From an uncultured delta proteobacterium (GTDB lineage Bacteria > Myxococcota > Kuafuiibacteriia > Kuafuiibacteriales > Kuafuiibacteriaceae): DNA of 64,000 nucleotides. Where the stretch lies: assembly GCA_963803435.1 (NCBI GenBank), contig CAWDML010000009.1, positions 512,001 through 576,000 of the forward strand, written 5' to 3'. Both the position numbers and the translations under genes were made by a program. Below, one piece after another: positions 27,926-38,109 of the stretch. The first letter of the stretch is position 1, and each line of letters begins with the position of its first letter. Below the pieces are notes generated by a model, which saw only the letters and a program-made list of their open reading frames with translations, was not told the origin of the DNA and made no database searches.

Positions 27926-28050
27926 GGGAAGACTGCGGCGCCACGATCATCTCGATCACCGACGCCCAAGCGAAACTGAGACCCGGCCCGAATGGCCAAA
28001 AGGGCGGACGGAGGAGAGATCCAACCAGCCGTAAATACTTGGGAATTTGT

Positions 28051-28122
28051 TAGGCGCACCGGGTTTCGAACCTGGGACCTCTACCGTGTCAAGGTAGCGC
28101 TCTACCACTGAGCTATGCGCCT
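28051..28122 (-). tRNA. tRNA-Val(GAC), probable island integration site
   Basis: Reverse complement AGGCGCATAGCTCAGTGGTAGAGCGCTACCTTGACACGGTAGAGGTCCCAGGTTCGAAACCCGGTGCGCCTA; canonical; no CCA. Confidence 0.95.
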
Positions 28123-28189
28123 GAAACCCCGCTTCTAGCCACCCGCCGGGTGTCGGTCAACCGCTTTCTCTCGCTCCTCCCCGACCCCA

Positions 28190-30448
28190 TCACTCCAACT
28201 TGAACTTGAAGATCCGCACCCGGTTCGGCTCCACCGTCAGTCGCACCGTCTTCTCCGCGTCGCCCGCGAGCGCCTTCGCCGTGATCGTGACGCATCCGCT
28301 CGGCAGCTTGTATCGCGCCAGCGGCGTCTGTCCGAGCTTCCGCCCGTTCCAGTAGATGTCCGAGTGCGGGGTCGTGGAGATCGTGACGAACCCCGGCGGC
28401 AGGTTCGGGTCGGTGCTGCACCCATCGCCGCCGATCGCACCGCCGCCACCGCCGCCTCCGCCCCGGTGCTTCGATCGGCGGGGCGCCGGCTCGTCCCGCT
28501 CCTCCCGTGTCGCTCGCGCGAGGGGCGCGGCGTGGGAGTGGCTGGCCTTCCTGCAGGAGATCGACGCCAGCTTGGTCTCGTTGGGGGCGATGCGGACGCG
28601 CTCGCTGTTACAGGTGTGGCCGGCGAGCTGGCCGGCGATGAGGATGGACTTGTTGCCGGCGATCTGGCGGTCGACGCGGGGGCCGAGGCCGGCGTCTTCG
28701 CCGTCGATGAAGATGCGGACGTCGCGGCGGTTGTCGCCTTCGACCTCGACGACGAGCTTGCCGGGGAAGGCGTTGAGGGTGGGGCGGATGGTGCGGCCGT
28801 CGGTGTCGTCGCCCATGGTGATGGTGGTTTCGTAGGTCTCGTAGCCGGGCTTGGTCAGCTTGATGGCGTACGCGATCCCGTACTGAAGGGAGTGGAGGTC
28901 GCTCGGGGTCTTGGCGTTTTCGCCGTTGGTGAGGGCCATCGGTTTGCCGTCGAGGTGGATGACGGCGCCGTTGGGGACGGATTCGAGCGTGAGGCTGCCG
29001 GTCTTGCGGGGGGCGGCGGGTTGCTGGGATTGCAACCTGGCTTGCGTGGCCTGGATCGGCTCGGCGGGGGCGTTGAGCTGCTGGTAGAGGATGGCGGAGG
29101 CGACGAGGATGACGATGAGGGCGCCGGCGATGACCAGGCGCGCGATCCAGCTGGAGCCCTCTTGGGGGAGCTGGCCGGAGAGGGAGCCGGGGTAGCCGGG
29201 GTAGGTGCCGGGCGGGTAGCCGTGCATGCTGCCGAGGGCGCCGGGGGGGTAGCCTTGGGGTGTCAACCCAGGTTGCACGAAGCCGACGCCGGGGGCGGGG
29301 GCCATGCCAGGGGGCATCATGGTGCCGGTCATGCCCGGGTGGAGGACCGGGGAGGGCGAGGCGGCGTTGGGGCGGATCTGGCTGGGGGGGAGGCCGTGGA
29401 CGATGCGGCGGCGATCGGGGACGGCCTGCTCGGTGTCTTCGTCGGCGAACTGGGCCTCGAAGTCGTCGCGGGAGGCGATCTCCTTGAGGCGGCGCTTCTC
29501 CTCGATCTTGTCTGCGAACAGATCGCGCATGTACTGAGCGATGTCCGGGTTGGTGGCCTGATGGTTCTCGTCGCGAAGGTACTCCTCGAGGGCGATCTGC
29601 ATCGCCTGGGCCGTCTGGAACCGCATGGCGGTGTCCTTCTCGAGGGCCTGCATGATGATGTCCTCGAGGCGCGGCGAGATGCCGGCGGCGACCTGGGACG
29701 GCGGGACCACGCTTCGCTTCGTGATCATCTCCAGGATCATCAGCTCCGACTCGTGCTTGAAGAGGCGCTTCCCGGTGCAGAGCTCGTAGAGGAGAATGCC
29801 GAGGGCGAAGATGTCGGAGCGCATGTCGATCGGGGCGCCCAGACATTGCTCGGGGCTCATGTAGCTGAACTTGCCCTTGAGCATGCCCGTCTTCGTGTGT
29901 TCCGACTTGGACTTGGCCTTGGCGATGCCGAAGTCGACGACCTTGACCTCGCCCTCGTACGTCACGAGGAGGTTTTGCGGTGAGATGTCGCGGTGGACGA
30001 TCTCGAGCGGCTGGCCGTCGGAGCCTTTGAGGTGGTGAGCGTAATGAAGCGCCTTGCAAGCATCCGCGATCACGCGCGCGGCGAACGGGGGCGGATAGGG
30101 GCGGCCGCGCTTCATGCCGCGCCAGGCGATGGCGGCGAGGTTTTCGCCGGAGATGAACTCCATCGCGATGTAGTAGGAGTCGCTCTCGCGGCCGAGGTCG
30201 TAGATCTGGACGATGTTCGGATGGTTGAGCTGCGCGCTCATCCGAGCCTCGTCGAGGAACATCTTGACGAAGGTCTCCTGCTCCGAGAGGTGGCTCAGGA
30301 TCTTCTTGATGACCACGAAGCGGTTGAAACCGGCGAGGCCGCGCTGGCGGGCCAGCCAGATCTCGGCCATGCCGCCGGTCGCGAGCTTCTTGACCAAGGT
30401 GTACCGGCCGAATCGACGGACCGGTCCGACCGGTGGCTGGCTCGCCAT
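28190..30448 (-). CDS. Membrane Ser/Thr protein kinase with PEGA domains
   Basis: LATGGMAEI, VVIKK, HRDISPQN, DFG, GKFSYMSPE; TM segment; PEGA-like repeats. Confidence 0.95.
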   Translation of the reverse strand: MASQPPVGPVRRFGRYTLVKKLATGGMAEIWLARQRGLAGFNRFVVIKKILSHLSEQETFVKMFLDEARMSAQLNHPNIVQIYDLGRESDSYYIAMEFISGENLAAIAWRGMKRGRPYPPPFAARVIADACKALHYAHHLKGSDGQPLEIVHRDISPQNLLVTYEGEVKVVDFGIAKAKSKSEHTKTGMLKGKFSYMSPEQCLGAPIDMRSDIFALGILLYELCTGKRLFKHESELMILEMITKRSVVPPSQVAAGISPRLEDIIMQALEKDTAMRFQTAQAMQIALEEYLRDENHQATNPDIAQYMRDLFADKIEEKRRLKEIASRDDFEAQFADEDTEQAVPDRRRIVHGLPPSQIRPNAASPSPVLHPGMTGTMMPPGMAPAPGVGFVQPGLTPQGYPPGALGSMHGYPPGTYPGYPGSLSGQLPQEGSSWIARLVIAGALIVILVASAILYQQLNAPAEPIQATQARLQSQQPAAPRKTGSLTLESVPNGAVIHLDGKPMALTNGENAKTPSDLHSLQYGIAYAIKLTKPGYETYETTITMGDDTDGRTIRPTLNAFPGKLVVEVEGDNRRDVRIFIDGEDAGLGPRVDRQIAGNKSILIAGQLAGHTCNSERVRIAPNETKLASISCRKASHSHAAPLARATREERDEPAPRRSKHRGGGGGGGGAIGGDGCSTDPNLPPGFVTISTTPHSDIYWNGRKLGQTPLARYKLPSGCVTITAKALAGDAEKTVRLTVEPNRVRIFKFKLE

Positions 30449-30514
30449 CGAGGGCCCACTCTACCGATTTCGGAGCGGGACCGGAACAATCGGCGAGGTG
30501 GGAGGAACACACGG

Positions 30515-31732
30515 GTTCGGATCGGCGCGCTGATCGCGCTCTTCGCGGCGTTCTCGCCCCTTCGCGTGGAGGCGAAGCCGCATCATCCCGGGGAGTTCAC
30601 CAGCGAGACCAAGCTGCATGACCTCGAGAAACGGGTGAGCGCCCGAAAGGTTCCGATCATCGATCCGGGTGCGCTGGATCGCACGCTCGCCAAGCTCGCC
30701 GCGAAGAAGGACACAGTCCGCATCCTTCACCTCGGGGACTCGCACGTCGCCTCCGACTACATCACGGGCATGGTCCGGCACGGGTTGCAGCGTCTGTATG
30801 GGGACGCGGGCCGCGGGTTCGTGCACATCGATCAGCTCTGGGGGTACGGCGGGCGCCGGCTCCAGCGGAGCGATCGGGACTGGACGCAGGAGCGGATCGT
30901 CGATGCGCAGGGCGTGGGGCGTCCGTTCGGCTTCTCGGGCATGAGCATCGAGTCGAAGCGCAGGTCCGCCAAGGCGACGTACCGCGTGCTCCCGGATGAG
31001 CGGATCGTTCGGGTCTACTACCAGCGGCAGCCCCACGGGGCGGCGGTGGCGATCTCGATCGGCAGGAAGGCGATCGCCACCTTCAAGACGGCCGGCGAGA
31101 CCAAGAGCGAGGTCTTCTCCACCGAGCTGCCGGCAGGGACCGGCGAGCGCACGCTGACGCTCACGGCCAAGGGCGCGCACGCGCGGATGTACGGGATCAG
31201 CTTCGAGCGCAAGGCGATCGGTGTCTTGTACGAGTCGATCGGCCCCGTCGGCGCCGACGCGAAGGTGTATCTGCAGCTCGATCCCAAGAGCTTTGAGGAG
31301 CACCTGGTGGCGCATCATCCCGATCTGATCGTGTTGATGGTCGGGGGAAACGACGCGCTGAAGATCCGGAAGGGCTGGACCGACCTCGACAAGGTGACCG
31401 AGGACCATCAGAAGCTGCTCGCTTTCCTCAGGGAGAAGCTCCCCGACGCCGACTGCATGCTGTGGACTCCGATGGACGCGGGCGAGTCGAAGAACGGCCG
31501 GATCGTCAGCAAGAAGTGGCTGACCGAGGTGCGGGAGATGCAGCTCAGGGTGGCGAAGGCGAACGGCTGCGCGGTCTGGGACATGTACGGGAGCATGGGC
31601 GGTGAAGGCTCGGTCGCCCGCTGGGAGGAGGCGCGGTTGATGAACAAGGACCTGGTCCACCCCAAGAAGGCGGCAGCGGATCTTCTGGGGACGCTGTTCC
31701 TGGAGGCCTGGCAGGATCTCGTGAAGCCTTGA
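30515..31732 (+). CDS. Periplasmic SGNH/GDSL protein (PatB-like peptidoglycan O-acetyltransferase/esterase); start uncertain
   Basis: ILHLGDSH, YGDAGRGF, GGND, DLVHP; signal-like N-terminus. Confidence 0.85.
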   Translation, partial: VRIGALIALFAAFSPLRVEAKPHHPGEFTSETKLHDLEKRVSARKVPIIDPGALDRTLAKLAAKKDTVRILHLGDSHVASDYITGMVRHGLQRLYGDAGRGFVHIDQLWGYGGRRLQRSDRDWTQERIVDAQGVGRPFGFSGMSIESKRRSAKATYRVLPDERIVRVYYQRQPHGAAVAISIGRKAIATFKTAGETKSEVFSTELPAGTGERTLTLTAKGAHARMYGISFERKAIGVLYESIGPVGADAKVYLQLDPKSFEEHLVAHHPDLIVLMVGGNDALKIRKGWTDLDKVTEDHQKLLAFLREKLPDADCMLWTPMDAGESKNGRIVSKKWLTEVREMQLRVAKANGCAVWDMYGSMGGEGSVARWEEARLMNKDLVHPKKAAADLLGTLFLEAWQDLVKP

Positions 31733-31791
31733 GCTTCGCGCCCTTCTCGCTTTACACGGGCGTTTTTCAACTGCAAGGATGCGCGCCGTTC

Positions 31792-32157
31792 ATGGCACGC
31801 GTGGCATTTCTCCTGTCGATCCTCTTCCTGGCGGCGTGCGGGAGCGCGCTCACCACGCCGGAGGACATTCCGCTCAAGCATCTCCCTGCCGGGGAGAAGT
31901 TCGTGATGACGCTCGTGATGGACACCTGTTCCGACACCTGCGCCACCTACGATGAGCCCTCGTGCAGCGTCAGCGTCGACAAGTCGAAGATGGTCATCCA
32001 CATCGACGCGTCGGTCGGCTTCAGCTCGAACGGCGTAGACGGCTGCATCTCTACCTGTGGACGCGAGATTCTGGCTCATTGCGACGTCCCTGCGCTGGCG
32101 GCCGGGACGTACACGGTGAAATCCAACGGGTTCGAGGCCCAGATCTTCCTCGAGTAG
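31792..32157 (+). CDS. Small Cys-rich lipoprotein
   Basis: LAAC lipobox; CSDTC; LAAGTYTV. Confidence 0.75.
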   Translation: MARVAFLLSILFLAACGSALTTPEDIPLKHLPAGEKFVMTLVMDTCSDTCATYDEPSCSVSVDKSKMVIHIDASVGFSSNGVDGCISTCGREILAHCDVPALAAGTYTVKSNGFEAQIFLE

Positions 32158-32194
32158 CGCCTCGCGACGGCCCCGTGTAGATCGGGGGGGCCCG

Positions 32195-35100
32195 ATGTCC
32201 GCGGGGCGAGGAAACCGGCGAGAGCGAATGGTGGCCCTGCGCGACGGCCGCCGGATTGCGATCGTACAAGAAGGCGAGGTCCGGAGGATCGTTCGCCGCC
32301 TCGCGTGCGCCGATCAAGAGGAGCGGGCGGAGCGGGTCGCTGCCCTCGAGCTGGTCCAGAAGGCGGCCCCGACTGGCCTGATCCCGATCGCGCGGGTGGG
32401 CGTGGCCGGGGATCGGATCGAGATCTTCGAGGCGCTGGTCGAAGGCTTCTCTCTGGGTGCTGCCATCGACATCGTCCGCCGGCACGTCTCGGTCAACGTG
32501 GCGCTGGCGATCGCCTTCGACGTGGTCCGCGCGCTCGCCGGGCTTCACGGCCTCAAGCGAAAGGGCAGCGATCGAGGACAGCTCGTCCATGGCCACCTCG
32601 ACCTGGACTCGATTCTCATCTCGACGCGGGGCGAAACGATCGTGATGGGCCTCGAAGGGGCGCGCGGTGACCAAAAGCGCGACGTCGAGGCGGTGATGAG
32701 TGTGGTCCAGGAGCTGCTGGCCACCCGGGCGGTCTCCCCGCAGGGGCGCGGGCTCCTGGAGCGACTGGCGCAGCTGCAGTTCAACACCGCCGCCCAGCTC
32801 GAGGGTGCGATCAAGCTCTACCTCGAGCGCCAGAACCCGAAGGAGCTGTCGGCGAAGAGGACGCGCTTCAGCTCGGGCGTGATCGGCGAGCTCGGCGGCC
32901 CGGCCGCCCTGGCCGTCGATCGCCCGCAGACGATCGAGGAGGGCGAGGACTCGACGGTGGTGTTCGAGCAAGTGCCGTCGAATCTTCTCAGCGGTGACAC
33001 CAGCGAGACGAAGCCGGCGTCCGGGCTGCTCGGATCGGCGGAGCCCTGGCGCGACGTCACCGGCGAACCTTGGCCTGACGCCCCCTCACCCGCCCCGGGG
33101 GACGACTCCTGGAAGACGCTCGAGCCGGCGTGGGCCAATCAGCTGGGGGGCTGGGCGGCGCAGCCCGATCCGCTCGATCCGTGGCGGCTCGAGTCGAACC
33201 TGGCTCCGCCGGAGGACCCGACCGCGCTCGACGCGGAGGCGATCGAGATCGACGTGGTCGAAGACCTCGCCGAGAACGAGACGACCGATGCCTCGATGTC
33301 GGTCCGCGCCGGGCTGATGGGAAAGGCAGCACCGCCGCAGGATCGGGTGAAGAAGAGCCACGTGATGGTCGGCGACTATCGGGTGGTCGCGTCGATCGGG
33401 CGGGGCGGGATGGGCGAGATCTACCTGGCGCGTCGTGTCGATCGCGTGCCCGGCGAGCTGGTGGCGCTCAAGGTCCTGGGGCTGCAGGAGTCCGGCGACG
33501 ACGCAGCGCTCGACATGTTCATGGACGAGGCCGCCATCCTGGCGCAGATCGATCATCCCAACGTCCTCCAGGTGGTCGACTTCGGGAAGGCGCACGGACG
33601 CTACTTCCTGGCCACCGAGTACCTCGAGGGGCGGCCGCTGGTGCGCGTGATGATCGAGGCCTATGCGCGCGAGGCCGGGCTCGACTATCCGGCGGTCGCG
33701 GCGATCGGTGCCGACGCCGCCTACGGACTCTATGCGGCCCACACCACGCGGGCCTCCGACGGTCGGCCGCTCGCGATCGTGCATCGCGACGTCAGCCCGC
33801 AGAACATCTTCGTCACGTATCAGGGCGTCGCCAAGGTGATCGACTTCGGGGTGGCGCGCGCCGCCGAGCGGATGTCGCGGACCGCGGTCGGGCTGGTGAA
33901 AGGGAAGGCGGCGTACATGTCGCCGGAGCAAGCGGAGGGTCGCGAGGTCGACGCCCGCAGCGACGTGTTCTCGCTCGGCATCTGCCTGTGGGAGATGACG
34001 GCGGGGAAGCGGCTGTTCAAGCGTGACAACGACTACGACACGCTGCTGGCGGTGCAGCTCGCGGACATCGAGCCGCCCACGCGCGTGCGCGGCAACCCGG
34101 ACGCGGCCTTCGACGAGGTGATCCTCAAGGCGCTCGAGCGCGATCGCGATCGCCGGACGGCCAGCGCAAGACAGCTTGCGACGCAGCTCGTCGATTACGC
34201 CGCCTCCAAGGGCGTCAAGGAGCGGGCCGGTCGGATGATCGACCTGATGGTCCGGCTGTTCGGCGAGACGGCCAAGAAGGAGGTCGAGCTGATCCGCTCG
34301 ATCGAGGCGCGCTCGGCGACGCTCGAGGAGGCGGAGGCGCTGCGGGAGCTTTCGGGCGTCACGGGTCACGGACAGCGCTCGGGGCTGGAGGCGCTCGATC
34401 ACTTCGGCAAGGAGGAGGAGCCCGAGGATCCGCACGAGACGGCGTCGGTGCTGGCGAGCGTCGAGCGTCTCAAGGCGGAGCGCGAGCACAAGCCGTCGTC
34501 CAAGCCCAACGCGCCGATGGACGAGCAGCCGACCCGGCGGCTCCCGGACGACATCGCGTCGCTCTCGAACGATACGATCGAGGGCTCGTCGAGCGCCGGC
34601 ATCCCGATCCTCGAGGCCGATCTCGAAGAGGTGAAGTCGGATCACGGCCAGCGGGGGGGCTCGCCGTCCATGGCCCTGGAGCGGGCGCACACGAAGCCTC
34701 GGAGCGGGCCGCAGCCGTCGGGGCCGATCCCGAGCTTGACGGACACGGGCGATCGCGTGCCGACCACGCTGCTCGGCGAGAAGCGGCGCAGAAATCGCCG
34801 GGCGCTGGCGGTGCTGGGGCTGGCCTCGGTGGGGTCGGTCGCGCTGGGCGCGTACCTCTCGTACGAGCCGAAGCACGAGAAGCCCAGCCTGGTGGGCGGG
34901 CGGGTCGCGGTGACCACCGACACGGTGACCCGCGAGCTCGCGCCGGAGCCGAGGTTCCAGGCCTCCGAGCGGGCGGAGGCGCTCGAGGCGGCGCCGCGGC
35001 AGGCGCTGGCCCCCGCCAAGACGTCGACCGTCTCGTTTGCGGACATGCTCGAGGAGCTCAAGGCGAACGGGATCCACGTGCGAGCCAGCGAAGGAACCCA

Positions 35101-35644
35101 CCTGGTGCCGGACGCCGTGGGCGGGACCGTGATCCTCGACGAGAAGGGCGAGATCACGCGCCTCGAATCGGAGCAGGCACGCGGGTTCATCATCACGTCC
35201 CACTCGGAGCTCAAGACCGCGGTCACCTGGGTCGGATCCGTGGATGACGGTCCCTGGTATGCGCGCCCGCTGTCGGTGAACGACTGCCCGACGACCGTCC
35301 GCATCCACCCCTCGGGCGTCGGGCTCCGCTACGGCGGCGAGGAGATCCTTCTCCCCCACGGCGGCGGAAAGCTGCGCGACGTGTCGCTGACGCCGCCTGC
35401 TCAGGCGGATCGTCTGGAGGTGGAGCCGCTCGGCCTCTCGCTCGGCCGCGAGGACGAAGCGCGGATCGCGCCACACTGCGAGATCGGATGGTGGGGCAAG
35501 CACGTCGTGCTGCGCCGGCTGCCGCTCGGGAAGTACACGCTCAAGTGGTTCGGTGAGGGCGTCTCGCAGACCGCCACCCTCGACGTGTCCGTGGACCAGG
35601 TCACAGGCGGGGAGCTCGTCCGCACCAGCTCGGTGCCTCGCTGA
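32195..35644 (+). CDS. Ser/Thr kinase with N-terminal pseudokinase domain, TM segment and extracytoplasmic region
   Basis: Degenerate HGHLDLDSILI domain, then intact GRGGMG, ALK, HRDVSPQN, DFG, YMSPE. Confidence 0.92.
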   Translation: MSAGRGNRRERMVALRDGRRIAIVQEGEVRRIVRRLACADQEERAERVAALELVQKAAPTGLIPIARVGVAGDRIEIFEALVEGFSLGAAIDIVRRHVSVNVALAIAFDVVRALAGLHGLKRKGSDRGQLVHGHLDLDSILISTRGETIVMGLEGARGDQKRDVEAVMSVVQELLATRAVSPQGRGLLERLAQLQFNTAAQLEGAIKLYLERQNPKELSAKRTRFSSGVIGELGGPAALAVDRPQTIEEGEDSTVVFEQVPSNLLSGDTSETKPASGLLGSAEPWRDVTGEPWPDAPSPAPGDDSWKTLEPAWANQLGGWAAQPDPLDPWRLESNLAPPEDPTALDAEAIEIDVVEDLAENETTDASMSVRAGLMGKAAPPQDRVKKSHVMVGDYRVVASIGRGGMGEIYLARRVDRVPGELVALKVLGLQESGDDAALDMFMDEAAILAQIDHPNVLQVVDFGKAHGRYFLATEYLEGRPLVRVMIEAYAREAGLDYPAVAAIGADAAYGLYAAHTTRASDGRPLAIVHRDVSPQNIFVTYQGVAKVIDFGVARAAERMSRTAVGLVKGKAAYMSPEQAEGREVDARSDVFSLGICLWEMTAGKRLFKRDNDYDTLLAVQLADIEPPTRVRGNPDAAFDEVILKALERDRDRRTASARQLATQLVDYAASKGVKERAGRMIDLMVRLFGETAKKEVELIRSIEARSATLEEAEALRELSGVTGHGQRSGLEALDHFGKEEEPEDPHETASVLASVERLKAEREHKPSSKPNAPMDEQPTRRLPDDIASLSNDTIEGSSSAGIPILEADLEEVKSDHGQRGGSPSMALERAHTKPRSGPQPSGPIPSLTDTGDRVPTTLLGEKRRRNRRALAVLGLASVGSVALGAYLSYEPKHEKPSLVGGRVAVTTDTVTRELAPEPRFQASERAEALEAAPRQALAPAKTSTVSFADMLEELKANGIHVRASEGTHLVPDAVGGTVILDEKGEITRLESEQARGFIITSHSELKTAVTWVGSVDDGPWYARPLSVNDCPTTVRIHPSGVGLRYGGEEILLPHGGGKLRDVSLTPPAQADRLEVEPLGLSLGREDEARIAPHCEIGWWGKHVVLRRLPLGKYTLKWFGEGVSQTATLDVSVDQVTGGELVRTSSVPR

Positions 35645-35677
35645 GGCGGATCGTGTAGGCTGGTCGATACCCGCTCG

Positions 35678-36718
35678 ATGTCCGTGACGCGCATCTTTCG
35701 TCGCCGCGCCGAGGTGCTCGGCAACCCGGCGCCCAACGAGGCCACCGGGATGATGGAGAATCCACTCCTCAGGGCCGACTCGCTCCCCGTCAGCGAAAAG
35801 ATCGACGCCGAGGCCCAGTTCGTTCGCCGCTGGCCGATCATCCGCAAGTCCTTCGAGCATCACCGGCATCTCGGCGTTCTCATCCTCGCGTTCGACGAGA
35901 GCAGCACCGCGATCGGACAAGCGTGGCTCAAGGCGTCGCTCGATCGAACGCGGGCAGCGATCATCGGCCGCCACAGCATGTGCAGCCTGGCCGTACCGCA
36001 GAGCTATCAAGAGATCTCTTTGAGGCACCTGGCCGTCTTGATCCGCGCGATCGATCACGAGCAGGTGCGGATTCGCATCTTCGATCTCAACACGCCGACC
36101 GGCTTTCGCGATGAGGAGGGGCGCGTCCTCCAGGCCGTGGTCACCGAGGGGCCCGCGTTCCTGCGGCTCGGGCGCGTCCTCTTGATGGTGCTGGTGACCG
36201 ACGAGAACGGCCCGATCGAGGGATCGGCTGAGGACGCGTACGCGTGCATCCCGCCGCGGGTGTTCATCGAGGAGCGGCGCGGCACCGCAGGGGTGAAGGA
36301 TCGCCGGCCCAGCGCGATCGGGCGCATCGCCACCGGCGCCACGATGTTGCGATCGCGGCCGGGCCCACTGGTGGCGGCGGGCGAGCTGCTCGAGAGCGAC
36401 GAGATGGAGGTCGGCACGCTGGTGGTGCGGACCGGCGGCGGGGCCGTACGGCGTCCGGTGAGCGCATCGACGCTCGAGCGCGGGATCCTGATCGGCCGCT
36501 ACGCGCGCTGCGACGTGGGTGCCACCTTCGACGACGACAGCCGGCTGTCGCGCGTCCACTTCCTGATCACCAAGGAGGGAGACGAGATCATCGGCGTCGA
36601 CACGGCCAGCACGAACGGATCCTTCAAGCAGAAGAAGTCGATCCTGCTCGAGCGCATGGGGGACGGCGACGTCTACGATCTCGCCGGCGAGCTCGACATC
36701 GCCTGGCACGCCTCGTAG
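35678..36718 (+). CDS. FHA domain protein (two FHA-like units)
   Basis: IIGRHSMC..ISLRH and LIGRYARC..LSRVH..DTASTNG. Confidence 0.85.
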   Translation: MSVTRIFRRRAEVLGNPAPNEATGMMENPLLRADSLPVSEKIDAEAQFVRRWPIIRKSFEHHRHLGVLILAFDESSTAIGQAWLKASLDRTRAAIIGRHSMCSLAVPQSYQEISLRHLAVLIRAIDHEQVRIRIFDLNTPTGFRDEEGRVLQAVVTEGPAFLRLGRVLLMVLVTDENGPIEGSAEDAYACIPPRVFIEERRGTAGVKDRRPSAIGRIATGATMLRSRPGPLVAAGELLESDEMEVGTLVVRTGGGAVRRPVSASTLERGILIGRYARCDVGATFDDDSRLSRVHFLITKEGDEIIGVDTASTNGSFKQKKSILLERMGDGDVYDLAGELDIAWHAS

Positions 36719-36727
36719 CGGCCGCAG

Positions 36728-38092
36728 CTACACGGTCGCTGACAGACGCTCGAAGTAGTGGGCGAACATCGGGATCCCGCCGCTCGCCTGCTCCCAGTCA
36801 TAGTTCTCGTTCGGCGCGTGGTAGCCGTGCTCCGGCAGCGACAGCCCGAGGAAGTACACGTGCGCGCCCAGGACCTGCTCCATCGTCGGGACGGCGCCGA
36901 TCGAGCCGCCCTCGCGGGTGAACGCCGGGCGGGCGCCGAAGGCGAAGTGGTAAGCGTCGCGGACGGCGTCGGCGATCGGTCCGGTGGTGCGTCCGCGGTA
37001 GGGCTCGAGACGCGCGTCCTTGTGGACCTGCGCGGTGGGGAGGCGCGACTTCACGAATGCGGTCACCAGGTCGAGCGTCTTCGTGCAGGTCATGTTGGGC
37101 ACCAGCCGGCAGGAGAGCTTGGCCTCGGCGCGCGCGGGGACGGCGCTCTTGATCCCCGGGCCGGTGTAGCCGCCGACGATCCCGTGGACCTCGAGCGTGG
37201 GCGCGGCCCAGATCGCGTTCATGACGTCGAGCGGATCGTCCATCCGGATCGACTTCATCTCGTGATCCTTCATGAACGTCTCCACCGAAAAGCCGGAGGC
37301 GGCGAAGTCCCGGGCTTCGGCGACGGTGAGCTCTTCGACGTCGTCGTAGAAGCCGGGGATCTTCACCTTGCCGGTGCGGCCGTCGACCATCTCGCCAATC
37401 AGCCAGGCGAGCTCGGTGAGCGGGTTCCGCGCGGCGCCACCCACCAGGCCGCTGTGGAGGTCGTGATCGGCCGTCTCGAGGGTGATGCGGAAGCCTTGGA
37501 GTCCGCGGAGCCCGGCCGGGGTCGAGGGCCGGCCGCGGGTCAGCCAGATCGTGTCGCTGACCACCACGCTGCCGGTATCGAGCTTGCTCCGGTGCCGCTC
37601 GAGGCCGGCCTCGAAGCTCGGTGAGCCAATCTCCTCCTCGGTCTCCCAGAGGAGCTTCACGTTCATGGGCACGCCAGCTCGATGAGCGGCGACCGCACCG
37701 AACAGCGCGGAGAGGGCGGGGCCCTTGTCGTCGGTGGCGCCGCGGCCGCGATAGACGCCGCCCTCGTCGATGAAGCGAAAGGGATCGGTGCGCCACTCGG
37801 GCTCGTTCGCGGGCTGGACATCGAGGTGGTTGTACACCGTGACGGTGGGCGCGCCGGGGGCGGCATCGAAGCGGCCCAGGACCATCGGCGTGCCGGGCGT
37901 GTCGAGCAGCTCGGCCTGGCCGCCGAGGGACTCGATCATTCCTCGCGCCGCCTCTGCCACGCGGACGCAGTCCTTCTTGTGATCCGGCGACGACGAGATG
38001 CTGGGGATCTCGACGAGCGTCTTCAGATGCCGTTCGAAGGCGGGCCGGTGTTCGTCCGCGAACTTTGCGAGCGCTTCTCGGGTGAGATCCAT
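36728..38092 (-). CDS. M20/M25/M40 metallopeptidase (dipeptidase)
   Basis: YNHLDVQP, GRGATDDKG, EEEIGS, DLHSG, EGGSIG, HAPNE. Confidence 0.93.
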   Translation of the reverse strand: MDLTREALAKFADEHRPAFERHLKTLVEIPSISSSPDHKKDCVRVAEAARGMIESLGGQAELLDTPGTPMVLGRFDAAPGAPTVTVYNHLDVQPANEPEWRTDPFRFIDEGGVYRGRGATDDKGPALSALFGAVAAHRAGVPMNVKLLWETEEEIGSPSFEAGLERHRSKLDTGSVVVSDTIWLTRGRPSTPAGLRGLQGFRITLETADHDLHSGLVGGAARNPLTELAWLIGEMVDGRTGKVKIPGFYDDVEELTVAEARDFAASGFSVETFMKDHEMKSIRMDDPLDVMNAIWAAPTLEVHGIVGGYTGPGIKSAVPARAEAKLSCRLVPNMTCTKTLDLVTAFVKSRLPTAQVHKDARLEPYRGRTTGPIADAVRDAYHFAFGARPAFTREGGSIGAVPTMEQVLGAHVYFLGLSLPEHGYHAPNENYDWEQASGGIPMFAHYFERLSATV

Positions 38093-38109
38093 CGTTCGAC
38101 TCCTGGAGG

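Noticed and set aside
18000-28100. Intact prophage or ICE
   Set aside because: No integrase, structural, replication or conjugation genes are recognisable in the window
33086-36709. 1207-aa and other long antisense ORFs
   Set aside because: High-GC shadow frames opposite well-supported genes, with no domain motifs
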